A stretch of DNA of 64,000 nt from Felis catus (Eukaryota), in NCBI RefSeq assembly GCF_018350175.1, contig NC_058368.1, positions 154,258,001 to 154,322,000 of the forward strand, written 5' to 3'. Shown piece by piece: positions 1 through 12,277 of this stretch. The notes under the pieces were generated by a model, which worked only from the letters and a program-made list of their open reading frames with translations, made no database searches and was not told the origin of the DNA. Position 1 is the stretch's first letter. The number at the start of each line of letters is the position of its first letter. Both the position numbers and the translations under genes were made by a program.

Positions 1-355
1 CAGAAATACTTATAATTGTTATATTTTCTTGTTAGATTATCTCCTGAATGATTATATGGTGTTCTCCTTTGTCTCTTGTTACAGTCTTTGTTTTAAAATC
101 TATTCTGTATGATATAGCATAATAAATGCATCTCCATAACTTCACTTCCAATCTGCTTGTGTCTTTATGTCTGAAATGGGTCTCTTGTTGGTGGCATAAG
201 ATGGATCTTTTATCTATTTCTTTACACACTGTCTTTCGACTGGAGCATTTAGTCCATTTACCTTTTAAAGTAATTATTGATACGTATGCATTTACTGCCA
301 TTTTGTTACTTGTTTTATGGTTGTTTTTCTCTGTTCCTTTCTTCTCTTGCTATCT
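1..355 (-). mobile_element. LINE-1 fragment, ORF2 N-terminal endonuclease region (decayed)
   Basis: ORF 32..301(-) reads MAVNAYVSIITL..CHQQETHF..IDFKTKTVTRDKGEHHIII, matching the L1 ORF2p APE-endonuclease start. Confidence 0.9.
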
Positions 356-369
356 GTTGTCTCTTTATG

Positions 370-1520
370 TCATTGTCTACATAGGAATTTATGAAGACTG
401 TATGAAGCTATTACTAGATTAATAAGTAAATTAAGCTAGATTTAAGAATCAATATACATACATCAAATACATATTATAAATAAAACAAATAGAAAATAAA
501 ATAGGATTTTTGAGGGGGGAATAATTATAAGAAAATAAAGAAGATTCAAATACATAGAGAGGGGAGCCTGACTGGCTCAGTCACTAAAGCATGCGGTCAT
601 TGATCTTGGGGTCCTGAGTTCAAGTCCCATGTTGAGCACAGAACTTACTTAAAAAATTGGATGGGTGGGTGGATGGATGGATGGAAAGATATACCATGCT
701 CTTGGAATCAAAGACAAAATGCTGTTAAGATCTTAATAGGTCAGTTTCTTCCCACATTGATCTATAAATTTAACTCATTCCCAGTTATAAACTCATCTAA
801 CTTTTAAAAGTGAAAATTGATACATAGTTCTAAAATCTATATTTATATTACTCTCTTAAAATTTACCTTTATAAGGACATTGTATAGCAAAATATAACTA
901 AAGAAAAAAAAAGAAGAATGTAGGAGGACTTACATAAGACTTTAAGATTACTGAAAAGTTGTATTTAAGAAAATAGGCACTATTTTAAGAAAATAAAATG
1001 GATCACTAGAACACAATAAAATTCAAGAAACAAACACATATATGGCTAATTCATTTCAAATACGATGTCAAAATAATTCTATGGAACAAATATTTTCAAT
1101 AAATAGTGCTGGAACAACTGGATATCCATATGGGTGGGGAAATAAACCTGGATATTCATTTTACGTGTATGCAAAATTAAATTTGAAATGTATCACAGAC
1201 TTAAATATAAGTACTACACTGTAAAGATTCCAGAAAAAAATATAAGTAAAAAAATTTATTAAACTGGTCACAGAAAGCAACTATAAAAGACAAATGGTTA
1301 AGTTCAACTTTATTAAAATCAAAATCTGATGCTCAAAAAGCATTATTAATGAAATAAGCTGATATAAACACAAACAGGGATAAAATATTGTCAAAATACA
1401 TATTTAACAAAAGACTAATATCTAGAATACATAAAGACCCGCTAAGCTTCTCCCAAAAAAGACAAAGAACACAATAAAACTATACAGATTTTTTGAAAAC
1501 AAACTTTGCAAAGAAAATAC
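370..1520 (+). mobile_element. Old LINE-1 (L1M-type) 3' ORF2 remnant
   Basis: A-rich, with L1 ORF2 motifs such as ttttcaataaatagtgctggaacaactggatatccata and ctaatatctagaatacataaaga; heavily diverged. Confidence 0.75.
561..656 (+). mobile_element. Old short CAN-SINE (tRNA-derived head, no CT tract)
   Basis: ggggagcctgactggctcagtc...gagttcaagtcccatgttg...cttacttaaaaaa, with A/B-box-like segments. Confidence 0.8.
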
Positions 1521-2489
1521 ATGTATATAATGTATGGTACATGTTAAAACATCTGTTATAACACTGTGGATACGTCACATAGGTGAAAGTAAGTAGATAC
1601 GAAGAGTAATCTCATTGATGTAAATAAAGCCTGTATAGCTGGTGAGAATGAGGGCTAACAGTTTGAATGTAAGACGGTATCCCTGCCATAACTCTTTGAG
1701 AGAGAATTCCAAGACCTTATTATTCTGAAGGACAAGACTCCAGCAAAAATCTGTTGTGAGTCTATATATAGCAACTATTTTGTACATGCTTTGTATTCAG
1801 AGTTTGTAGCTTTATTGGGCCATGTGGTCTTTTCAAAACATTTAATTATACATGACTGTATATTAGAAAGATGGCATTTTCTGGCTGAAGCCCACCCTCG
1901 ATCATGTGGCCTAAGTTCAGTTAACTGGCTTGTTTCCCCTGAGTTTTGAAACTCCAAGGAGGGAATAAAAGATACAAGAACAGAAGCTCTTCTAGGTGGT
2001 GGTGGCATAGAGAAGAATGCAGCTTGTCGACAGCGTGTTAAAGGCAGTAACTTTACCAACATCATTCTTAACACACTTCCTATGTTGATTCTTGGCTTTC
2101 TGTTTCGTACCTTATTTCCCCTATTTCTCAAAGCTGGTTCTCCAGTTTTTCTATAATCCAGTCTGCTATGCCTTAGCATTTTAACAAACGTTTTTTTCTC
2201 CTTGAGTTACCCATAGTAATTGCTTTGAGTTTCTGCTTTTTACAATTAAGTTTTCAAGGTTGCTATTACCTCCTGATGGCACGCTTATACAAATCTCAAT
2301 ACAGTTGAGCATATAAATTTTAAGAAATACACTAACTGAATGGACATGGTTAGTTCTGAAATCTCTATTCATAGAAATTTTTAAATGGTTGTTTGCCCAT
2401 AACTGCAGTTGGATAATCTGTTATGAGGGTGCTCCTCCCCGTGTTTGCTGGGTGCCCTCTGCATGAGAATCAAGGGGTTCCGGGTGCAG

Positions 2490-2600
2490 GGGAAAAGCTT
2501 GGTACTTGTTGTGCATGCCTTCTCCTGGGTCCCTCAACAGGTTTACTGAATCAGAATTTTTAACAACTACCCAGGTGCATGTCAAAAGTTGAATTCTGCA
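2490..2600. mobile_element. MER5-like hAT-Charlie DNA transposon relic
   Basis: Motif ctgggtccc...tactgaatcagaatt...tttaacaa..cccaggtg, recalled as typical of MER5A. Confidence 0.55.
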
Positions 2601-3129
2601 ATACACAGTAACACCTTGGTTTGTGAGCATAATTCATTCTGGAAACATGCTTATGATCCAAAGCACTTGTATATTAAAGCAAATTTCCCCATAAGAAATA
2701 ATGAAACTTGGATGATCTGTTCCACAACCCAAAAATAGTCATATAAAAATGATTACAATACTGTAATATAATACAAAATAATAAAATACAAAATATAAAG
2801 AAAAATATACAAATTAACCTGCAGTTACCTTTGAAAACCTTCGTGGCTGGTGTGAGGGAGACAAGAGAGAGGAGGGTTATTGTATAGGACAACTTTCACT
2901 ACCACTAATGGGACCACTGCTATCTCTTGGCTCAATGGAATCTTTTTCTGCATGGGGGCCATTGTATACACTTGCATGAATGTTGACTACAGTACAATAT
3001 TAATAAACTCTTGTCATATACTGTATTTAATGTAACTGGCAATAAGGCATCAGGGGAAGGGGTCTTTATCTGTAGGCAGCCTGACCTAGAATGAAGCAAA
3101 GCATTCCTAAGCTTACTTTTGTATGGAAA

Positions 3130-3285
3130 AGCAAAGGACTGCCCATAGACGCTTTAAAGTTACAAAAAATACACTAATGCCAATTGTGAGAACCTTCCAA
3201 CGTTCTGAAAAATCACTGATTCCTACCAAACACCGTGGCCTGAGACCGAATATCCAAGCATAAGAGACAATCAGCCACAATCCCT

Positions 3286-3330
<45 letters not shown>

Positions 3331-3486
3331 ATCATTGGCTCACTTGTGATCATGTGACATTCGACATCACGTACTACTCATATTGCAAGGTTTCGCTCAT
3401 TTGTCAAGTTAAAATTTATTAGAAGTGTTTGCTCATCTTGTGGAACACTTGCAGAACAAGTTACTCCCAATCCAAGGTTTTACCAT
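3130..3486. mobile_element. TcMar-Tigger-like DNA transposon fragment with internal (GA)n
   Basis: End reads gtttgctcatcttg..gaacaagttactcccaatccaaggttttac, resembling a Tigger-type terminus; only one end is recognisable; (GA)n at about 3290-3327. Confidence 0.55.
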
Positions 3487-3689
3487 ATATGAATTTATTA
3501 ACTTTGATTTCAAAGTGAATTCTGATAACTTTATTAGATTCTTAGTACAGATGTGAATAGAAGCCTCTTTAATTTTTGGAAACTTTTTTTTTAATCTGCC
3601 CAGAAAATGTGCTGTTTGAGTGAGCTACTATATCTCAATTGCTTTATACTCATATTTGTGGAAAAAAAAATAATACAATTTAAGGTCTT

Positions 3690-3880
3690 TACAACCAGGC
3701 AGTGTGAACTAGTTAAGGATTAGGAGATAGCAAGAGTGGACTAAGGGTTCCTGAATCACTGTCTTAATGAGTGGGTTTCTGCAGAGGAAGGCTGACCAGC
3801 TGTTTTCCATCTCCACTGACGTTAGTGAAAATAAATACAAGTAGACTGTTCTTGGACTAGATGTTAGAAGCTAGGGGAAG
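3690..3880 (+). mobile_element. Possible CR1/L3 LINE remnant
   Basis: ctgaccagctgttttccatctccactga resembles the L3/CR1 3' ORF2 region. Confidence 0.4.
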
Positions 3881-5025
3881 GTGGGTAGAGGAAAGAGGAA
3901 ATGCCTTACCCAAATAGCTTTAAATGTGGGAAAGAACACTAAGATGAATTCTGAAGTACATTTCTGACTAAAGAACAATTGAGATGGCTTAAATTTTCTC
4001 CTTGGTTTCCTTTAAGCCCTTGGAGCACAGAATTGAGGATCTAAGAGGAACATCCAACTTCTTAGCAGCCAAAGAAACTATATTAAGGAGTGCATTTACT
4101 CCTAAATTGTTACTGAATTTAAAGGAAGCTGATGAATGACTGGCAAAAGGAGGCTGTCTCATGATGTTCTGAAAGCAAAACCAGTTAAGAGGGTCAGCAG
4201 ATCTCTAATTATAATGGAGCCGTTAACACCACTATAATTAAAGCTGCATCAGCATTTCCATTGCAAACTAATGTTTATCATGGGTTGAAACTCAGCTGTA
4301 AAGATTCAATCTTGGCTGAAAGTTGGCAAATAGGGCTCAGGAACTCAGCAGGGAAGGGGACAAAGAAGGGAGAGTTTAAAAAATTTATTTACTGAACTGT
4401 CAAACACAAAATATAGCCATTAAGATCTGTTGAGGAAATAATAAATAATACATTCCCTCAAAATTAGTATGCATAGCAAACCCTGGGTGCCATAGCCATG
4501 GTGGGAAAAAAAAAGCGTTTAAGTTATACAGATCTGAAAACAAACAAACAAAATACAACTTGAACCGAAGGATGAGTTTTTAATCCTGTGAGTCGTGTCT
4601 ATTTTACAGAGAATATTTAGAAGTTGCTATAAACATATTTAGTGTTCTTAAATATTTATTTGCCCAAGAAATTTAGATGACTCCAGTGAAGCTGCAAAAT
4701 GTACACCAGCACAGTGGGTTAGTTACAAAGGATGTTATATCACTTTTTTCCTCCGATTCCTTTGATAGATAACTTTAATCTAAATTTCCTCATTTCTATG
4801 AATGTTAGCACTTTTTTTCACACATGACTTTCTGTATGTTTCTTAATAATTGTACACTGATTTACTGTGATATGCAATCTTTATTTTTTACATACTCCAT
4901 TTTTGAACTTAAAGGTGCAGTTAACACTTTATTAAAGAAAATCATAAGACATTAAGGACCTACTATGCACCAGACATATGTCTAGGGGCTTACTTTCAAC
5001 TTTATAAAGATTCTACTTTGAATTA

Positions 5026-5247
5026 TTTTTTTAAATTGTTTTTAATGTTTGTTTGTTTTTGAGAGTTAGAGAGACAGAACGTGAGTGGGGGAGAGGCAGA
5101 GAGCGAGAAAGAGGCATAGAATCTGAAACAGGATCCAGGCTCTGAATAGTCAGCACAGAACCCAATGCAGGGCTCAAACTCATGAACTGCAAGATCATGA
5201 CCTGAGCCTAAGTCAGATACTCAACTGACTGAGCCACCAAGGTGCCC
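5026..5247 (-). mobile_element. CAN-SINE (feliform)
   Basis: Poly-T tail, (GA) tract, reversed head gactgagccaccaaggtgccc; short flanking repeat actttgaa. Confidence 0.95.
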
Positions 5248-5267
5248 AAACTTTGAATAATAATTAT

Positions 5268-5492
5268 TTTTTTTAATTTTTTAAAAAAGTTTATTTATTT
5301 ACTTTTGAGAGAGAAAGAAAGAGAGTGAATAGGGGAGGGGCAGAGAGGGAGAGGGAGAGAGAGAAACCCAAGCAGGTTCCACACTGTCAGTGCAGAGCCC
5401 GATGTGGGGCTTGAACTCATGAACCATGAGATCATGACCTAAGCCAAAATCAAGAGTCAGATGCTTAACTGACTGAGCCACCTACATATCCC
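5268..5492 (-). mobile_element. CAN-SINE (older subfamily with aaaatcaagagtc segment)
   Basis: Full SINE body directly after the previous copy. Confidence 0.95.
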
Positions 5493-5672
5493 TGAACTAT
5501 TTTTATTTTTGAATACTATATTTACATTAAAACATTTATATTTTTATTGTTTTAATTTATATTACTTTGTATTATTACTTTTATTTTTATTTTGCACAAT
5601 AGAAGCTGAATGCTTTGTTTTTATGGTAACACTACTTAGGTAAGGTCCAGTTTTCTTATTCTTGTCTAATCT

Positions 5673-5889
5673 TTAAAATTTTTTTTAACATTTATTTATT
5701 TTTGAGACAGAGAGAGACAGAGCATGAACAGGGGAGGGGCAGAAAGAGAGGGAGACACAGAATCTGAAACAGGCTCCAGGCTCTGAGCTGTCAGCACAGA
5801 GCCCGATGCGGGGCTCCAACTCACGGACCCTGAGATCATGACCTGAGCCGAAGTTGGACGCTTAACCGACCAAGCCACCCAGGCGCCCC
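5673..5889 (-). mobile_element. CAN-SINE (SINEC_Fc-like)
   Basis: Perfect 15-bp TSD attcttgtctaatct at 5658-5672 and 5891-5905. Confidence 0.97.
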
Positions 5890-8059
5890 AATTCTTGTCT
5901 AATCTATCACTTTATTATAGTCACGATTATAAAGCCTAGTAAGAAAATCTCAATTGAAAAGCTGTTTTGGATAAATTTGATATCATGAAAAATAAACTGA
6001 ACATTCAATATATATGGACAAATATCTAGAAGGATAATTACCAAACTGATAAATGTGATTAGCAACAGGAGACAAGTATATGAGAGCCCAGATTAAGGAT
6101 GATAGTAAGGTGACTTTAAACTTAACTGTTACATTTTGAATTTTTATGGAGAAACACATTTTTGTACTCGTGTTTTTCAATAAATTTAAACAATAAAAAT
6201 GGAAAGAAAAACATATTCTAGCAAATCTGGCAATTAAATAAATGAATGGAAGGTATTAAGTTCAGTTGTACACATGAGAATAATATCTCCTTTCATCTGA
6301 ACCTGCATTTATGGTTCAAATGACTGTTAAATATATGTTAACTCAGGATGAATATGAAAACCTATTACAGACTAAAAACAGTCTAATAATAAAGTGAAAG
6401 TGTTCCACAAACTAAACCAAAAATATTTTATATTTTGCTTGGACCCTGCCAATAAACTTCCTTGATAGGTGGGTGGTTTATTGCAATTAAGAGAGAAAAG
6501 GTTGTAGTAGATAATGGATTGACACATCTTGTGGTTCTTTTCTAATGCACCAAGCCCCTCTTACGTGTTGCAAACTGTGTTTGAGTCAGCTCCATTTCTC
6601 AGGCAGTTATTCCATTAACAAACTCTTTGAGATGCTGACCTAAGTAGCTACTCTCACTGCCTGTAAGCTACCAGCAGGAAGAAAGTGGCAGTTATTAAAA
6701 GTCAGATAAGAAAAAGTAAAAAGTAGATTTCAGAGGCTGTGGACATAGGCAGGGGGTCTTTGAAGTAGGTCCAAGCCCACTTGGCCTGAATCGAGCGGCT
6801 ATTACTCTACAAAAGCTTTCTGAGAGAGGAAAGTTGACATTCAAATTCTAGAATTTAGCCAAACAAAATGCAGAAAATCAAGAACAAGAATTTGATAAAC
6901 CTGAAAGAAACCATGGTGGAAGGAGGGGAGAAATGTATATGAAAAGCTCAAAGTAAAACATAATCAAGTCAGACTTCTTGAAGCTCCTGACTTCTCATTC
7001 ACTGAGTCCTTTATCCAGTTGATGGGTGTATTGAGCACCTAATCCATATCCTTTTTGTTACTGGCCTAAGGATATGAAAATAAGTGAGCCATGATGTGAT
7101 TTTCCTATTTATGATCGTTTGAAACCCATTTTCTCACTTTAGATCACAACTTCCTGCTGAAAGCTAGTTCGATACAGGGCTGATCAAAGTTGAAAGTTGT
7201 TTTAGGATTATCTTCTCCTTTTAGTGCTTTACTCTTACTTTGAATATTTTTTTTCCTTCTTCAGATACTCAGTTTCTAATTCCATAAATGTTTTATGCCA
7301 ATATGTACAGAGAAAGATGTTCTCCTAAGATAGACTCAACCTATTAAAGGGTAAACAAAGCAGTTTATATGGAAGGAATCAATATTAAAGACAACAAAAA
7401 AGGAATAACTTAAAATGGAATTGAGTAAGTTAGAAAATAAAATGGAATGTGTTTCTAACAGTATAGATTAGCATATATTGCATTAGTGTATATTTTATAT
7501 ATAATATATATATATATTCAGTTTTTATATAAACCCATTTATGCGAAAAGACACTTTGTTCCTTATGGTTATTTATATTTTATTTCATTCCTATTTGTTT
7601 GTAGAATGTTATTTACATCAGTAGTAGATTATAGGAAGGCATGATGGTTATTTTCATTTTTTAACAAATACCGAGAAGGTACTGCCCATTTTTGCCCATG
7701 CATAAGGTCCTGATCTCATCGCTTTTATTAGGAATAGCCCAGTAATTTCTGTGAGACTTTGTTTATCTCAGGTAGATAAAAGTAGGAATATTTTCTGAAT
7801 ATTTTTAGTGGGGAAGAACCATTAAAATGTATAATAAGATTGCCTGGTTCTTCTATCTTCCTAGGGTTTTTGTAGCTTTGATTAAGTCAAGACATATCAA
7901 ACACTGATAAAGGACCATGGGATATTTTTATTTTGGAGGAGAGTAGGATGTTTGATTTCTGTAGAAATATGAGTGAAATTAATAAATTTCAGTGATATTT
8001 TGATTACAAAAACTGGAAAAGTTTTTACTTTTTCAGCTGAAAGTAAAGATGGGACATCT

Positions 8060-8400
8060 TAGTTTACCAACCTAAATAGCAGAAAGTAAAGCTAAATTCA
8101 GGACTCTGCCTTGTCCATTAGCTCCAACTGTCTCATCACTGCATAGTGACTTATTGTGATTTTAGTCTTAGGTGTGGTCTCTGAGAAAATTAGTATCCAC
8201 AGTTGCAGCCTGATAGATTTTCAGTTTAACAACCTCTGAAAAAAGAGTATTCTTTCCTAATAGTTTCAGCAAAATCCAAGATACTAGACTAGCTCTAACT
8301 GGCCATATTTGGATTATATTTAGAAACCCAAACAAATCACCATGTCCCGGAGGATGCAGTGCCTACATATAACAAACTCAGACATAAAATGTGGTAGAGG
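8060..8400 (-). mobile_element. MLT1J/K-like MaLR LTR remnant
   Basis: tttcctaatagtttcagcaaaatcc..ctaactggcc..aaatcaccatgtcc..ggatgcagtg resembles an old MLT1 LTR in reverse. Confidence 0.5.
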
Positions 8401-8431
8401 AAAAATCTGAATTTTTCAGAGAAAACTGAGA

Positions 8432-10170
8432 TTACTTCTTCTGGGAAGTTGAAGTAAATGTATTTTCCTTATTCCTCATGCAAAGTACAACTAAAAACCT
8501 TGGATATACTATATAAAATGAACACAAGAAGACTGAAAGATGGAAAGAAGAAGGCAGACCAAGTAACGATCTTGAGATTCCAAGGGAAAACAAAGTGGTA
8601 AGTTCCCTGCGTTTTCTTTTAACTTCGTGTATCCCAGACTGGATACTATAGAGCTGGCAACCTGGCGAAAGCAATGGATACATATGAGAAACGTCCCAAG
8701 AGAAGTCCAGTCTTTCTAGTCAAAAGATCACTAAAAGCACAGCCTAGCAGGACAGAAAACTCTGGCATAACTGCTCTATATCAGCCAAATGTCACATACA
8801 CACCTAAAGAAGAAGGGAAAAAAACAGCTGAGGCTCCCTACCCACTCTTCCAGCAAAGGTGAAGGAGAGAGGCTGAACATAGAACCAAAAAGCAATGACA
8901 GCCACCACTCATGGTATGGAAATGTCAGTGTTGACAATTTTTGACACCTAAAGCTTGGGGAAGAACTTTAGACGTGACACTAAAATAATGATGTATGCAA
9001 GAAAAAAAATAAATTGTACTTCATCAACATTAAAATCTTGTGTTTTGGGAAAAACCATGGTGAGAAGATGAAAAGATAAACTATAGACTTGAAGAAACTA
9101 TAAACCACATATCTGACAAAAGGCTCATACAGGAAGTATTTAAAGAGACCTTAAAACTCAATATGAATAAATAATCCAGTTATAAAGTGGGCAAAATGTG
9201 TGAAGAGATATTTTACTGAAGAGAGAGAGTATAGAGCTGGGAAATAAACACATATTACGATATTCAATATCACCAGCCATTAGGGAAATGCAAATGAAGG
9301 CTATGATGAGATATTGCTCTACACTTTAAGACAGGTAAAATAAAAACTAGCACTAATACCAACTGCTGGGAAGGATACACAGAAAGTGTATCTCTTGTAC
9401 ATTGCCGATGGGAATGTGCAATAGTAGACATGATCTGGAATATAGTCTGGCAGTTTCTGAAAAACTAAACATACATTTACCACATGACCAAGCAATTGCA
9501 TTCTTCCTAATTTCCCCAAAGAAATGGAAACTTAATCTTCATAAGTCCCTGTACAGGATTGTTCCCAGCACTTTGTTTTAATAGCTCAAACATGGAAACA
9601 AAGTTATTTTCCGTCAAAAGGTGAATGGCTAAACAAACTATGGCATAACCATACTTTGAAAGAATACTCAGCAATAAGAAAGAATGCAGAATGATGTGTG
9701 CGACATCTTGGAGAGATCTCAGTGACATTATGCTGAGTGAGAAATCCAGTTTCAGAAGAACACATGCTATATGATCGCATGTATGCTGTACTCTACAAAT
9801 GATAAAAGTTATGGAGATGGACAATAGACGAATAGCTTCTAGGAGCTAGGGAGGTTGGGACAGGGGAGTAGGTATGAATGCAAAGAGTTGGCAAGAGAGA
9901 GATCTTTGTGGTTATGGAATAGTCTTCTATCTTGATTGTAGTAGTAGCTGTGCAACCCTACACATGTGATACAGTGACAGAAAGCTATATCCACACATTG
10001 TACCAATCTCAAATTCCTGTTTTGGATATTGCACTGTAATTACATAAGATGTAACCACTGTAAGAAATGAGTCAAAGAGAACGTGGGTCCTCTCTGTGCT
10101 ATCTTTGAAACTTTTTATAAAGTATAAGTATTTCAAAGTATGTAAAACCTTCCTAAAAGAAAAAAAAAAT
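8432..10170 (+). mobile_element. Old L1MC-type LINE-1: 5'-end-like segment (8432-8935) next to 3' ORF2/3'UTR (8940-10170)
   Basis: The 3' part has ORF2 C-terminal motifs (ccattagggaaatgcaaat, gacattatgctgagtgaga) and an A-rich tail; the 5' part resembles L1MC/L1M4 5' ends (less certain). Confidence 0.75.
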
Positions 10171-10277
10171 AAACCCTGAAAGTCTGGTGAGGCTGTTTGT
10201 AGAGGAAGGTAAAAGAGCTGGGGAAAACAAACATATCTACCACAGGACAATGACAAATTATTTAATACTTGGTTTCT

Positions 10278-11052
10278 TTTTTTATTTAAAAATTTTTTTT
10301 TCAATATATGAAATTTATTGTCAAATTGGTTTCCATACAACACCCAGTGCTCATCCCAAAAGGTGCCCTCCTCAATAACCATCACCCACCCTCCCCTCCC
10401 TCCCACCCCCCATCAACCCTCAGTTTATTCTCAGTTTTTTTAAGAGTCTCTTATGCTTTGGCTCTCTCCCACTCTAACTTCTTTTTTTCTTTCCTTCCCC
10501 TCCCCCATGGGTTCCTGTTAAGTTTCTCAGGATCCACACAAGAGTGAAAACATATGGTATCTGTCTTTCTCTGTATGGCTTATTTCACTTAGCATCACAC
10601 TCTCCAGTTCCATCCACGTTGCTACAAAGGGCCATATTTCATTCTTTCTCATTGCCGCGTAGTATTCCATTGTGTATATAAACCACAATTTCTTTATCCA
10701 TTCATCAGTTGATGGACATTTAGGCTCTTTCCATAATTTGGCTATTGTTGAGAGTGCTGCTGTAAACATTGGGGTACAAGTGCCCCTATGCATCAGTACT
10801 CCTGTATCCCTTGGGTAAATCCCTAGCAGTGCTATTGCTGGGTCATAGGGTAGGTCTATTTTTAATTTTTTGAGGAACCTCCACACTTTTTTCCAGAGCA
10901 GTTACACCAGTTTACATTCCCACCAACAGTGCAAGAGGGTTTCCGTTTCTCCACATCCTCTCCAGCATCTATAGTCTCCTGATTTGTTCATTTTGGCCAC
11001 TCTGGCGTGAGGTGATCTCTGAGTGTGGTTTTGATTGTATTTCCCTGATGAG
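10278..11052 (-). mobile_element. Young 5'-truncated feline LINE-1 (L1_Fc-like), about 775 bp
   Basis: Uninterrupted ORF2 C-terminus 10527..10886 ([46 protein letters not shown]), poly-T tail, perfect 15-bp TSD taatacttggtttct at 10263-10277 and 11053-11067. Confidence 0.97.
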
Positions 11053-11117
11053 TAATACTTGGTTTCTACCTATATTCAATTCCAAAGGAAATGATATGGC
11101 TTCATACAATTAGCAAT

Positions 11118-11436
11118 TAATATATATATATATTTATATATTTACATTATATATATAATATTATATATAAATACATCTATTTATATATAAATATATTTAT
11201 ATATAATATTTATATATATTTTAGTATATATTTAATATATTAATATATTTAATAAATGTATATATTTATATATTTTTATTTTATATTTTATTATATATAT
11301 TATATATAAATATGTATGTAAATATATATTTATATATAATATATATTTATTTATATTATATATATTATTTTATATTTTATTATATATATTAAATATATTT
11401 ATATATATTTAATAAATATATATATATTATATATAA
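11118..11436. repeat. Degenerate (TA)n low-complexity tract, about 315 bp
   Basis: Almost only A/T, built from interrupted TA repeats. Confidence 0.95.
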
Positions 11437-12069
11437 TTCACTTGTTTTCCTCAAACTAGAAGGCCACATCATCCTTTCTGTTATGGTATTATGATTACTT
11501 CTGTTATTATTATTTTAGATGATCAACTTTCCTCTATAAAGTGAAACTTGAAAAGGAGAGAAAATACTGCTTAGAAATCACTGAACATAGTCTCCTGCTA
11601 TTACCAATGCTAATCTACCCTTTCCAATCTACATTAACATACCTACTATCTCTGTCCTATCTTTTCCCTCCAAATGAAGTGTGTTGGTGGAAGTTACTAA
11701 ATAATGATTTTATTTACCTTTGTGAAATATGTCATAATCCAATTTATAACGTTTTGATAATAAAATGCTATTTCTGTGCATTTAAGGGTATGGGAAAACG
11801 AGATAGGATTACACTATTTCATCAAATGACTAGCAAGTTTTGGTGAATTGAAATTTTCAAGAAGAAAAGTTTTAGATCAGAATTGATAGGCTTTTAGAAA
11901 AGTATGTTTTGCCAACTATATTCAGAAATCAATAATAAACATTAAATTGTAGCATGCATTTGTTTATAATAGTTACTATTTTCATCATCTGAACGTAGCC
12001 TATATGTAGAATTTTCTTAGAACAAGCAATCTTACTAAATTGGTGCTCTGATCAGTTCATATGAAATTA

Positions 12070-12277
12070 TTTTTTTTAATGTTTATTTATTTTTGAGAGA
12101 GAGAGAGAGAGCATGAGCAGGGAGGAACAGAGAGAGGAGGAGACAAAGAATTGGAAACACGGTCCAGGCTCTTAGCTGTTAGCACAGAGCCCGATGTGGG
12201 GCTTGAACTCATAAACTGTGAAATCATGACCTGAGCCAAAGTCAGACACTTAACCAACTGAGCCACCCAGGCACCCC
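12070..12277 (-). mobile_element. CAN-SINE
   Basis: TSD atgaaattattttt at 12061-12074 and 12281-12294. Confidence 0.96.

Noticed and set aside
561..656. tRNA-like A/B boxes
   Set aside because: SINE head derived from tRNA; no cloverleaf or acceptor stem
1775..2179. 134-aa minus-strand ORF in unique sequence
   Set aside because: No recognisable domain, no supporting exon structure, and length within chance expectation for 64 kb
5299..5878. Recurrent ORFs of the MAQSVK../MAWSVKRPTSAQVMIS.. type (also 12087, 33319, 39718, 63139)
   Set aside because: They are translations of the CAN-SINE body, not a gene family
7245..7356. Strong acceptor ttttccttcttcag with a downstream gg/gtaaac donor-like site
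   Set aside because: Stops in all three frames and a weak donor; a non-coding exon cannot be supported without RNA data
9927..10406. Longest ORF (159 aa)
   Set aside because: Chimeric read through a young L1 3'UTR, its tail and antisense old L1
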